Positions 8,180 through 17,300 of a stretch of DNA of 38,709 nt are shown here, one piece after another. Each line of letters begins with the position of its first letter. Within the stretch, counting starts at the first letter, position 1. The DNA comes from a virus. Below the pieces are notes generated by a model that ran no database searches, was not told the origin of the DNA, and saw nothing but the letters and a program-made list of their open reading frames with translations. The DNA lies in UHGV virus genome UHGV-0262620; one strand, written 5' to 3'. Made by a program: the position numbers and the translations under genes.

Positions 8180-8222
8180 GTTGACGAGATGAATAATAAC
8201 CTTAAAGGTAACTTAAAGTCAA
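8180..8222 (-). promoter_or_regulatory. E. coli sigma70 early promoter A1
   Basis: Minus strand TTGACTTTAAGTTACCTTTAAGGTTATTAT, with a -35 TTGACT and an AT-rich -10 region. Confidence 0.65.
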
Positions 8223-8265
8223 CCATTAATTTAAATCTTTTATTAAATCTTTAATTCCCTCTTTA

Positions 8266-8290
8266 AGTATCCCTTATTCCCTTTAGTGAG
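8266..8290 (-). promoter_or_regulatory. T3-type promoter phiOL (left-end promoter), variant with one T missing in the -13 region
   Basis: ccctttagtgagggtaattgaa = TTCAATTACCCTCACTAAAGGG. Confidence 0.6.
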
Positions 8291-8329
8291 GGTAATTGAA
8301 TTGACTACAGATAACTACAAGGCATCACT

Positions 8330-8900
8330 ACAGGTTAACAATGGGTCTATCAGTCTGGTTGTCTTTAAGATAGCGGCACTCTTTAGGTGATGGCTTTAGG
8401 TCTGGTCTTTAGGTGATGGCTTTAGGGTTTTACTTTATGAATGGCTAACAGATAGGGACACAAAGAGATGTACTATCGAACTGGTACACTAGGACACTCT
8501 TCAAGGCCTCCTTAAGCCATCCACCTCTTTAGGTATTGACTTTAGGCAACACTTTAGGCTATCCTATAGGCCACTTGAGGAGATACCCAAGGTTAACCGA
8601 AGGTTAAACCCTAGGGGTAGGGCTGGCTTTAGGTGGCTTTAGGAGGGCTATGGGGGGGTACTTTGGGTTCTTGAACTGTGAGATACCCATTCAGATTTTT
8701 GTGGTAAATTCTTAAAGGGTCTCTTTAGGCAACCACTTTAGGTAAGGCCACACCATAGGTGAGACCATAGGCGCATCCCGAAGGGATAGCTAGGAGACAC
8801 CAGAAGACCCTGTAAGACCATTACGAACTACAGGGCATCTTTAGGTATAACCTTTAGGGTTGACTCTACAGGGATGAGTTGGTGTAGTGAAACTATACCT
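8330..8900. repeat. Genome-end region: direct terminal repeat (about 8453-8683 if it is about 230 bp) flanked by arrays of the heptamer CTTTAGG/CCTAAAG. The physical left end is at 8683.
   Basis: Minus strand from 8683 reads TCTCACAGTTCAAGAACCCAAAGTACCCCCCCATAGCCCTCCTAAAGCC. This matches the recalled T3/T7 left-terminal sequence TCTCA(C/T)AGT... At least 14 copies of ctttagg occur on both sides. gene 19.5 and phiOR lie above it and phiOL and A1-A3 below. Confidence 0.55.
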
Positions 8901-8909
8901 ACGAATCCC

Positions 8910-9089
8910 TCAGAGCCGCTTGTCGGTCATCAACAATAATTTAATCCCCACAAGAGAGTATAGAGCAAAAGGCCACTTCCAGTTGACCGAGGTGTCAGTA
9001 AGACCTGCGTACCCAAGGGCAGCAGTAAGTACCAGAAGAAATCGCCAAGTGACTCTATGACGCAGCAGGGCAATCAGCAAGCGTAACAT
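8910..9089 (-). CDS. 19.5: gene 19.5 (59 aa membrane protein, MLRLLIALLRHRVTWRFLLVLTAALGYAGLT...)
   Basis: Matches T7 gp19.5 (MFRLLLNLLRHRVTYRFLVVLCAALGYASLT). Strong SD AAAGGAGGTG. The ORF-track version is N-terminally extended. Confidence 0.85.
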   Translation of the reverse strand: MLRLLIALLRHRVTWRFLLVLTAALGYAGLTDTSVNWKWPFALYSLVGIKLLLMTDKRL

Positions 9090-9225
9090 TGAGCCACCTC
9101 CTTTCAGTTGCTCTAAGGTAGGGTGATTATACAATGATAATATCACCAATCACAGAGGTAGACTTAAAGTGCATAAAGGGTCATTGCATAACCTGAATGA
9201 CTAACCTATATAATAGCTTTAAGTC

Positions 9226-9251
9226 CCCTCTCTCCCTTTAGTGAGGGTTAA
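9226..9251 (-). promoter_or_regulatory. T3-type promoter phiOR
   Basis: tctctccctttagtgagggttaattc, between gene 19 and gene 19.5. Confidence 0.8.
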
Positions 9252-9333
9252 TTCAAACTCATTGATTCTTAAGGAATTTCTTAAAGTGACCATCCGTGGT
9301 CTCAATGCTTCCTTATGCACTCAATATGCATAA

Positions 9334-11097
9334 CTACCAGTCAATGAACCTGTTGCTATTCGCATCGTCATCCTCCCAATAGAGTTCCATCCCGTCAACC
9401 ATAGCGGTAACTACGTGACCAGCCGAATGGATTGGGTGCTCCATGTGTTCCTCTAAGAACGCCTCAAGCACCTCAGCCTCCACCTTCACGGCGTCCAGTT
9501 CCATCGTAGAGCGTAAGAACTCCACACCCAATGCTAACGCATCAAGTCGGTCGTCATGGGCCACAGCGCCCTTCTCACGAGCCATACGGGTCAACTGGTA
9601 GAACAGCGAATAGCGAACGTCATGCTTGCCATCAGCGTCACGGGCAGTCTGGTAGTCCTCACGAATCACCTCGTCACGAATCACAAGGCGGTGCGTAGAG
9701 AGTACAGGTTCCAGCGTATCACAAATGCGTAGTTCCTTCATACCACGAGCACGAATCTCTTCAAGCTGCGCTGCATGGTGTTTCAGGAGCACAGGGCTGA
9801 ATACCTTACCAAACATACCATCCCCGAAGTTACTCTCGAAGACCACTGTCTGAACCTTCCACTGCTTCGCTTTCTTAGCGAGGGACTCAAGGGTCTTATC
9901 GGAATAACCATCGCGGAACCCGCCAGCTTCCATCAGATAGATGTAGCCATTCAGGGTGAACAACACTGCGTAACCAGTCTCATCCTTACCTCGACCACTA
10001 GGGTCAATCACGAGGATGCGTTGCTGGTACTGTCCAGTGTTCTGGCTGCACGAATGATAGCTATGAATATCATCACCCTTAAGGCCCACGTTAGGTAGCT
10101 CTTCATTGCGATTCTGACGGTTCGGAAGCCACTGGTAATGCATTGGGGCTTTCTCGAAGTCCAGACCGCACACGATAGCGTCACGGAGGCGTAAGGGGTA
10201 CTTCTCGGCATCACTCAGGTTCGGGTTGAGCATGAACTGCAAAGTGAAGCCAGCCTTACCGTATTCCAACTCACGCTCACGCAGGTCTTCCATATCGAAG
10301 CGCACAGGGTCAGTTGGTTGACCTTGGAGCATCTCGAACCCATCGTTGAACTCTTCGCGGAGCATCGGGGCCAGACGGTCGCCATAGTACAAGTCTTCCT
10401 CACGGCTACGCGGATAGAGCGCAGGCCAGATGATTGTGGTGTACCCACGGTTATCTTCGAGTTCCTTGTACAAGGTCATTTCGGTTTGAGGCGTACCAAG
10501 GTAGATAACGCGAGAAGTCGGCAGCGGTTTCAGCAGTGCGGCAAATTCCTGCACCAGAGTCCACAGCTTCTCACGGGCACCTTGAGTTGCGGAGTTAGAC
10601 GGAATCTCAACGTCATCCGCTATGATGATATCAGCACGGCTACCAGTCAACTGACCAGTGATACCCACCGACTTCACAGACGGAGAGTGGTCAGGCTTGG
10701 CAGGGCCAACATCGAAACTAATCACAGAGTCACGCTGACCGGGGCGAGGCTTTAGCTCAGCCAAGAAGGGCAGCAGGTCAATGATGTTCTTGATGAAGAT
10801 GGAGTTAGCGTCCGCACGTTCTTTGGATGCAGAGACAATTAGTATCTTCAACTGAGGGTCACGCCATAACGTCCACACAACGAACGCACAGGTGATGAAT
10901 GACTTACCGATACCACGGAAAGCCTGTAGGATAAACTTCTTGTTGTCTCCGTTAGCCAGACACCGGGCCATATCAATCTGACACTTAGTCGGCGGCGGGA
11001 GAGCCAAAGCCTTCCACAATACGAACAGGAAGGCCACGAAGTCACCCTTAAGCTGCGCAATGATTAGCGCATTACGGTTTGCTTGGGTGTCGCTCAT
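9334..11097 (-). CDS. 19: Large terminase subunit (gene 19)
   Basis: 587 aa (586 in T7). Walker A ([11 protein letters not shown]) and the nuclease domain. Last large gene before the genome end. Confidence 0.95.
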   Translation of the reverse strand: MSDTQANRNALIIAQLKGDFVAFLFVLWKALALPPPTKCQIDMARCLANGDNKKFILQAFRGIGKSFITCAFVVWTLWRDPQLKILIVSASKERADANSIFIKNIIDLLPFLAELKPRPGQRDSVISFDVGPAKPDHSPSVKSVGITGQLTGSRADIIIADDVEIPSNSATQGAREKLWTLVQEFAALLKPLPTSRVIYLGTPQTEMTLYKELEDNRGYTTIIWPALYPRSREEDLYYGDRLAPMLREEFNDGFEMLQGQPTDPVRFDMEDLRERELEYGKAGFTLQFMLNPNLSDAEKYPLRLRDAIVCGLDFEKAPMHYQWLPNRQNRNEELPNVGLKGDDIHSYHSCSQNTGQYQQRILVIDPSGRGKDETGYAVLFTLNGYIYLMEAGGFRDGYSDKTLESLAKKAKQWKVQTVVFESNFGDGMFGKVFSPVLLKHHAAQLEEIRARGMKELRICDTLEPVLSTHRLVIRDEVIREDYQTARDADGKHDVRYSLFYQLTRMAREKGAVAHDDRLDALALGVEFLRSTMELDAVKVEAEVLEAFLEEHMEHPIHSAGHVVTAMVDGMELYWEDDDANSNRFIDW

Positions 11098-11524
11098 TCT
11101 GCATCTCCTTAATAGTACGCTGGAGCGCTCTTACGTGAGCATCAGCAGCTTGGGTTATTCCGATAATACGCTTAGCATCTGACTCGTGTAGTTCGGCTCG
11201 ACCATTAAACTCGCATCTACCGTTATCTTCTGGTAGTCCGGTAAGGGTCTTGATGCGGACTGACAGCCGCTTATTATTACTACGCAGGTCATTAAGCATC
11301 CTATCAGTGCTGCCTTCAATGGCTGCAATCTCGTCTTGGTACCCACGGGATACCCGACTGACCTCTGCCTGAGTTGCTGCGGTTGCTTTTGTTTTCGCAA
11401 TGTACTCATTTTGGATTACCTCCTTCCAGTTTGCTCTCTCATGGGTTGACCCTAAGTGCCAGCCACCCATAAAGAGTGTCCCGGCGAGTACCCAAGGGAG
11501 TGCGCTGCGTAAAAGGTTTAGCAT
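11072..11524 (-). CDS. 18.5: i-spanin Rz (gene 18.5)
   Basis: [25 protein letters not shown]... is collinear with T7 gp18.5. SD GGGAGGTG. The ORF-track start MMGGV lies inside the SD. Confidence 0.9.
   Translation of the reverse strand: MLNLLRSALPWVLAGTLFMGGWHLGSTHERANWKEVIQNEYIAKTKATAATQAEVSRVSRGYQDEIAAIEGSTDRMLNDLRSNNKRLSVRIKTLTGLPEDNGRCEFNGRAELHESDAKRIIGITQAADAHVRALQRTIKEMQNERHPSKP
11155..11409 (-). CDS. 18.7: o-spanin Rz1 (gene 18.7), embedded in 18.5 in another frame
   Basis: 84 aa with a lipobox (VIISGCQ) and a proline-rich mature region. Fully nested within Rz. Confidence 0.8.
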   Translation of the reverse strand: MSTLRKQKQPQQLRQRSVGYPVGTKTRLQPLKAALIGCLMTCVVIISGCQSASRPLPDYQKITVDASLMVEPNYTSQMLSVLSE

Positions 11525-11572
11525 AACACCTCCCATCAATTTTCAGATTTCACATAGATGCACCAAATAACA

Positions 11573-11615
11573 TCCATAAAGGCTCCCCCACGTGGAGAAC
11601 CTTGAGTATGTCACT
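11573..11615 (-). promoter_or_regulatory. RNase III site R18.5
   Basis: atcataaaggctcccccacgtggagaaccttgagtatgtcac. Confidence 0.6.
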
Positions 11616-11881
11616 TACTGTAGCGTGATGGTCTCATCGTCAGTCAGACCATTAGGGCCGACCACTTTGTTGTAGTCTTCCAGACCAGCCGCCAGTCCAC
11701 CGAGGATGTTCTCATCCGGGGTCAGCTTACTGATTTGGAACTTATGGCGGTCTAACAGTTTGCCGATTGCGTTGTAAAGCTGCGGCGTTCGGCGTTCCTC
11801 GCTCTGGAGGTCAGCAAGCATACGCTGTGCCATCTCCGTGTCCAGCATCTCCAGCAGCTTGATTAAAGTCTTGTCGCTCAT
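11615..11881 (-). CDS. 18: Small terminase subunit (gene 18)
   Basis: 88 aa. MSDKTLIKLLEMLDTEMAQRMLADLQSEERRTPQLYNAIGKLLDRHKFQ is nearly identical to T7 gp18. Confidence 0.95.
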   Translation of the reverse strand: MSDKTLIKLLEMLDTEMAQRMLADLQSEERRTPQLYNAIGKLLDRHKFQISKLTPDENILGGLAAGLEDYNKVVGPNGLTDDETITLQ

Positions 11882-11884
11882 AGG

Positions 11885-12088
11885 TTACTCCTTATTTGCA
11901 CGTTTCCAGTCAATCATTTTATCGACTACCTTGGCACCAATCTGAACCACTGTGTAGGCGATCGCTGCAACGTAGAACCACTCGTTTAACGATAGTCCCC
12001 AAAAGAGTCGGGCCGCACCATCAGCGACCCCTGTGCCAACAATCGGCGCAGCCTTAACGACCTCGTTATTGAAGTCAAAAGATAACAT
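11885..12088 (-). CDS. 17.5: Holin (gene 17.5)
   Basis: 67 aa. MLSFDFNNEVVKAAPIVGTGVADGAARLFWGLSLNEWFYVAAIAYTVVQIGAKVVDKMIDWKRANKE is nearly identical to the T7 holin. Confidence 0.95.
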   Translation of the reverse strand: MLSFDFNNEVVKAAPIVGTGVADGAARLFWGLSLNEWFYVAAIAYTVVQIGAKVVDKMIDWKRANKE

Positions 12089-12099
12089 TCTTGTTCTCC

Positions 12100-12486
12100 T
12101 TATAGTTTCTGTAACTCCGCTTGCAGAGCCAGCAGGTCAGCCATGATGTCCTCTTTGGTACGAACAGCCCCTACTACTTTAGGTTTCTCGACGAACTTCT
12201 CACCGTCGAACTTATAGTCACGCCAAGTCTCTTCAGTGAACGGAGTGGACTCGGTAACGATAACGGAATAGCCATCAGAGGGTGCGAACTTCTCAGAGAC
12301 AGAGCCTTTGGTCATCCACGCTATGTCACCTTCAGGAGACACGCATACGACTGAGCGGTTACTCTGTTCATCCAGTTCGACCATAAGGTCATACCAAGAG
12401 ACACCATCTCTGGTAATCTCAATGATAAAGTTATCACCACTCACCTTCTCGCCATTAGTCCACTTCCAGTTATTATAAACTTCCAT
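12100..12486 (-). CDS. Orphan 128-aa acidic protein between the tail fibre and the holin; possible tail-fibre assembly/chaperone-like or host-range accessory protein
   Basis: Strong SD AAGGAG 6 nt before ATG. It sits 16 nt after the gene 17 stop. T7 has only about 58 nt of spacer at this position. By eye it weakly resembles the Tfa N-domain (RDGVSWYDL...; C-terminal EDIMADLLALQAELQKL helix). Confidence 0.6.
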   Translation of the reverse strand: MEVYNNWKWTNGEKVSGDNFIIEITRDGVSWYDLMVELDEQSNRSVVCVSPEGDIAWMTKGSVSEKFAPSDGYSVIVTESTPFTEETWRDYKFDGEKFVEKPKVVGAVRTKEDIMADLLALQAELQKL

Positions 12487-12504
12487 AGTAATCTCCTTTA
12501 TGAA

Positions 12505-14232
12505 TTAAGCCGAGCCGATAACACGAGCAGACCCGTTACCATATCGAATCCACAGCTTGCGGTGGAACATACCATCAAGCCATGCATTCCGAACACCGCC
12601 CGTAGCATCCTGAGTGTAACCAGTACACACAGAGCCACCGCCTAATGCGTAGTCGATACGAGCGCCGCCGTTCGTGGATACCCACTCTTGACCGCCAAGC
12701 CACACATCGTTAAGGAAGCGGTCGTTCATGAAGTCCCTCAGCCACTTACCCTCCCAGATAGATCCACGAATGTTACCATCCTGTTCGACAATCGCCCCAC
12801 CATTGATGACGATTCTTGCACCTCGGTTGCCGCTGATCTCGAAGTTACCATTTCCTTTGATGCGCATCCACGTATCATTATCCCCGCCAACAAGGTGCCA
12901 GCCGCGCTCAATATAATATCCCACAATCTCGGTAAAGTATTCATCGCAAGCAAAACCGCCCACAGAGCCTCGAATGAGGTTTGTAATCTTGTTTACACCA
13001 GATGGAACCCACTTGTCCTTATAGATATAGTCACCACCATGCACGTACAGAGTCGCGTCTGCAACCAAATCACCTGTAGAGCGAATCCATGAGCCGTTGA
13101 TGGCCTGAGCGTTAATGGTTGAGTCGAAGTCAACAGAGTTCATCCCATTGAAGCGAACAACCTTGTTAGCGTCCAGCCGTAGTGAACCAGATGGCTCACC
13201 TTTCCCACGGTAGAAATTCATGAATGGACTACCAGTGCCATCCCAATCCCAACCAATCGACATACCGTTGTAGGCGCGGAGGACTTTACTATCAATATCG
13301 TATTTCCACACAACCTTGCCCGAAGTATCACCCTCTGGCTTGAGAACCTCTTTGATTGCACCAGCCAAATCATTCATGTTCTCCAGCTTATTTGCTTCCT
13401 CAATGGCTCGTACCTCGGAAGCCTTAGCGTTGGTCTCAGAGGTCTTCGCGTTGGTCTCAGAGGTCTTCGCGGCGATTTCTGAGTTCTTCGTGTTAATCTC
13501 AGAGGTCTTAGCGGCACTAGCACTTGCGGCACTAGCATCAGCAGAACTCTTGGACGCATCCCGGTACGTCATAGAGTCAAGGGCATACGACCGGGAAGAC
13601 TTAAAGGCTCCTTCCACCGGAGATTCCTTGATAGCCCAATCACGGGACAGGCTTGCAGAACTCGCAGAGTTACCCGCAGAGGTAGCAGCCTCGGAAGCAC
13701 GCGCAGTTGCACGGTCGGCCTCAGCCCGTGCGCGGTTCGCAGAGTTCAACGCAGAGTCGTTCCACTTCTGGACTTGACCTAAGTTGATTGCATCACCGGG
13801 GTCTTTAGCGTCCGCAACGTTCACGATACGACGACCACGAGCATCCAAGTCACCATCGTTGTTAACGCCAATCGTATCAGCGGTAAGGTCACGCGCTTCC
13901 TCAGCAACGTGGAGGGTCTGAACCTGCGAGATGTTCAGGTCATACGCACGGAGGATTGAGCCATCCGTAAAGTCAACCAGCCTATCGGTAGCTGAGGTGA
14001 ATCGACGGATTTCAATCAAAGTATAACCGTCCGCTGGCCCCAACGCCCTCGTTGTGGAGATTGTGGTCTTAGTCGCAAAACGATAGTCTTGATTCAAGAT
14101 GAGTTCCTTTCGGTCAACACCGATAAGGGTCACTCGGACGAACTTACGAGCCAGATACTCAAACGGAATATTGAAGTCCGTAGTGGAGCCATCCAGCGGG
14201 TAAGTCATCACGGTCTTAATAGTTGTAGCCAT
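12505..14232 (-). CDS. 17: Tail fibre protein (gene 17), mosaic: conserved N-terminal tail-attachment domain plus divergent shaft and tip
   Basis: MATTIKTVMTYPLDGSTTDFNIPFEYLARKFV... is the conserved T7-group gp17 N-terminus (about 150 aa). The central region has TSETNAK-type heptad repeats. The C-terminal roughly 280 aa is Gly/Trp-rich and not T7-like. Confidence 0.9.
   Translation of the reverse strand: MATTIKTVMTYPLDGSTTDFNIPFEYLARKFVRVTLIGVDRKELILNQDYRFATKTTISTTRALGPADGYTLIEIRRFTSATDRLVDFTDGSILRAYDLNISQVQTLHVAEEARDLTADTIGVNNDGDLDARGRRIVNVADAKDPGDAINLGQVQKWNDSALNSANRARAEADRATARASEAATSAGNSASSASLSRDWAIKESPVEGAFKSSRSYALDSMTYRDASKSSADASAASASAAKTSEINTKNSEIAAKTSETNAKTSETNAKASEVRAIEEANKLENMNDLAGAIKEVLKPEGDTSGKVVWKYDIDSKVLRAYNGMSIGWDWDGTGSPFMNFYRGKGEPSGSLRLDANKVVRFNGMNSVDFDSTINAQAINGSWIRSTGDLVADATLYVHGGDYIYKDKWVPSGVNKITNLIRGSVGGFACDEYFTEIVGYYIERGWHLVGGDNDTWMRIKGNGNFEISGNRGARIVINGGAIVEQDGNIRGSIWEGKWLRDFMNDRFLNDVWLGGQEWVSTNGGARIDYALGGGSVCTGYTQDATGGVRNAWLDGMFHRKLWIRYGNGSARVIGSA
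13421..13505. repeat. Four degenerate 21-bp tandem repeats (gtcttcgcgttggtctcagag...) inside gene 17
   Basis: Direct tandem copies visible in the sequence. They encode SEINTKN/SEIAAKT/SETNAKT/SETNAKA heptads. Confidence 0.8.
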
Positions 14233-14282
14233 GTGACCTCCTTTGTAAATTAGCATTAAGAGAGAAGAGGCCAGAATGTGAC

Positions 14283-14307
14283 CTCTCTCCCTTTAGTGAG
14301 GGTTTAT
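14283..14307 (-). promoter_or_regulatory. T3-type promoter phi17 (variant gagggtttatt)
   Basis: ctctccctttagtgagggtttattg. Confidence 0.7.
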
Positions 14308-17300
14308 TGTTTCTTCGGCATCTCCTTTATGCGGATACCATTGGCCTCGTAGATTTTCATAATGAGTTGCTGTGATAGCGGGTCATTAGGAATCAACTCA
14401 CGAGAGGTGTTGAAGAGGCCTGTACGGAACTCCAGAGCGGTAGCCTTGTTCGGAGAAGACAGCAGGGAAGCGGCGTTAATAGCTGTTGCACCCACAGAGC
14501 CAACAAAGCCTAAACCCGGAACCTGCTCACCAATTGCACCTGCGATAGTTGAAGCCACCTGCCTACCTGTCACTGCCTTGTTAGGGTCACGCTTCTCGGA
14601 CTCTTTAGGGAGTACCGTAGAGCGGGTGTACTTATAGGTATCGCTACCAACCATCCCAGCGAACATGTCGTAGATACTCAATGGTGATCCTAAGTGTGAG
14701 CTACGAGAGATTGATGCATGAGCAATCATCTTAGGGTCAAGGGCGTTCTTAAGGTACTCCTTACGTTTGTGCTCCTGTAGGCTTGCGGCCTTAAGGTGCG
14801 CCTGCGCAACGTAGTAACCACCAGCTAGGCCCAAAGAGATGATATGAGTCAACGCTTGGTCTAGCGCACGGTTGTTCTTCGTTGCCTCGTAGAAGCTACG
14901 GACGAACCGGGAGTTAAGGGACTTGATGACGAAGTTCTTAAACTGCATCACCATCTTCACCCCTGCACCGAACGCTTTGGAGTCCTGTGAGGAAACCTTG
15001 TGAGGGCGCAGTATAGTCTCATCCGCCACCTTGTCAGCCAGTCGCCACAAGTCCATTGAACGCGGGTCGTTAGCGAAAGCCTGTTTGTCACGAATGGTGA
15101 ACTTACCATCTTCTCCACGAGTCGCATGGTCTCTGAACAACTGCTTGATTCCATTCCACTGCTCAGGGCTGATAGAGGCCGACTTAAGGTAGTTTGCCTT
15201 ACCGAACTTAGAGGCTTTCCCAGCAAGGGCCGCTCCAGCCACATCCCCAAGCACACCCTGACGGGCAGCATCAAGAATGTAGTTTGATGTTCCATTTAGG
15301 AGCATTGTCCAAGGAGAGCGTGCAGCCAACTCTTGAGTACCGAAACGAATCGTACCTACCACATTGGCAACCGCAGCGCTGGTGTCCGTAGACTCCCGGA
15401 GTCGGCGCACGTGGTCTTCACGTCCCGGACGGATTAGTTGGTCTAGTTCCTTACCGAACACCATCCCGTGTATCTCCTTAATCTCAGAGGCACGAAGCGG
15501 TTTACCACGGTTGACCCAATCGTTAATCATAGGGATACCATGAGTTATCGCAGAGACGTTACCTTTCGACAGCATACCAGCGATTTCAGTAACGTTCTGT
15601 GCGCCCATATAGGCGTTCTTAGCAAAGAACGTGAGGTCATTGACGGAGCGCAGGGCTGTACCCCAAGCGCCTTCCGGGTTCCTACGAGCACGACCAGTCA
15701 GAATCTTCACGGTGTCCTTGAGAGCTTCCACTTCACCTTTCAGTGTGCCGTTACCCTCTGACTGCTTATCCAGCGCCATGATTTCATCTTTCAGGTCTTT
15801 GGTAGTCTTACCGGAACCCCCCATGATTGCAACATCACCATCGACTCGTCGGTCGTATGCAGGCAGAATTTCAGCCATGTCATAGGTACGCAGGTCATTC
15901 ACAGAGAACGTGTTACCATCAGGGAGAGTCACCACCATGTCACTGTCGAACATGTTACGGGCTTCCAAGAAGTTGTTGTTCTCGATACCCACCAGACCCT
16001 CAATGTTATCCTCAATGACAGAGGAGGCAGAGAACTGGTCAGTGTGTGAAATACCATACGCCTTATCCATCGCGTGCTTCTGCACCATCTCAGGCGTAAC
16101 TTCCTGCACGGATTTGAGACCGTTAAGTTCCATCAGGTACTCATCGACCCTCGCCTTGACTTCTGGACGAGCACGATAAGACGTCAACCATGACTCCGCG
16201 ATTGCTCGCTGCAAGCCATCATTACCGTAACGTTTCACCATCTCAATCTTGATAGCGCGGTCGTACACGTTTGGCACGTAGGTTCCCTTGTGGCGTGAGC
16301 CGGGGAAGATACTGACCGCCTTGGTGTTGCCGAAGATTGACGGGTTCTCCATGATTTCACGTTTGAGGTCAAAGTGCTGCTTGAGGATGTTCATCACGTT
16401 CCGCTCACCCTTTGTCAGGTTTGCTTGAAGCTCAGGTCGCTCAATCGCCAAGGCTGCACGCTTGTAGATTTCCTGTCGGATTTCCTTACGGCTCATTGTG
16501 GCCCCACCTGTGGAGAACTCAGGGTCTTTCATTGCAGTACGCACAGCATCATAAAGCTGATTGTAGGTGCGCTGATTGTTCGCGTGGAGCCGCTCCTTAA
16601 TGTCAGAAGCAGTCGCACCGAACTTACCATTAGAGCCTGATTCCATCCCTGTCGGAGAACGCACAAGGTCACTCGCAATGGAGCGAACAGTCGGGTTCTC
16701 AGAGCGGAGAGTCTTCAAGCCAATCTCAGTGAAACCACCCAAAGAGATACCACGAGCGGCACGCTCAGGGTTGACCGCCTCGAACTCGCTAAGAGTCTGA
16801 GGGTTCAGCGGGTTGGTGTCGCTAAGGATTTGACCTTGAGGTAACACAACGGCACCCGGCTCGGTCTCCAGAGGTGAATACTCAACGCCAGCGTGCTCAC
16901 GGTCGAACACACGGTTCTCGCTAGGCATACGGGTCAGGTCTTCCCCACCAGAGTTCAGAGCGGTCTCACGGGCTTCCAATCGGTGTGCCATAGGAGCGAA
17001 GTCATTAACAACCTCAGTCCCACGGGAACGGCGAATACCAGCGGCGATAGCGTCACTGATTGCGCTCATCCCGGCACCGAACATCAGACCACCCAAAGCG
17101 GCATCAGCATAGTGGGCTTCTCCACCAGCGATTGATGTACGGAGACCCTCAGAGGCAACAGCGAGGCCAGCACTTTGAGTACCCACAATGAAAGCCTTGT
17201 TAACCACCTTGAGACCCTTCCCGGCTACGCCTACTAGCGGCACGTAACTCAGCGGGTCTACACCAGCACCGACGATACCAGCAGTAAGTTTGGCACCAAC

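Noticed and set aside
8330-8900. Possible CRISPR array suggested by recurring ctttagg
   Set aside because: The repeats are 7 bp with irregular 5-25-bp spacing and there is no 25-40-bp repeat/spacer periodicity. They correspond to the T7-group end repeats.
11524-11539. ORF-track N-terminal extensions (MMGGV- on 18.5, MLIYKGGH- on gene 17, [10 protein letters not shown]- on gene 4, MGII- on 1.2, MRNNRM- on ligase)
   Set aside because: In each case a downstream ATG has a proper SD and matches the T7 protein N-terminus. The upstream codons lie inside the SD or are TTG/GTG artefacts.
12100-12486. HNH or other homing endonuclease as the identity of the 128-aa ORF
   Set aside because: There are no HNH/GIY-YIG motifs and no Cys/His pairs. 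The protein is acidic, with no basic DNA-binding character.
13316-13777. 153-aa plus-strand ORF with a repetitive ALVSEVFA sequence
   Set aside because: It is the antisense reading of the tail-fibre 21-bp repeats.
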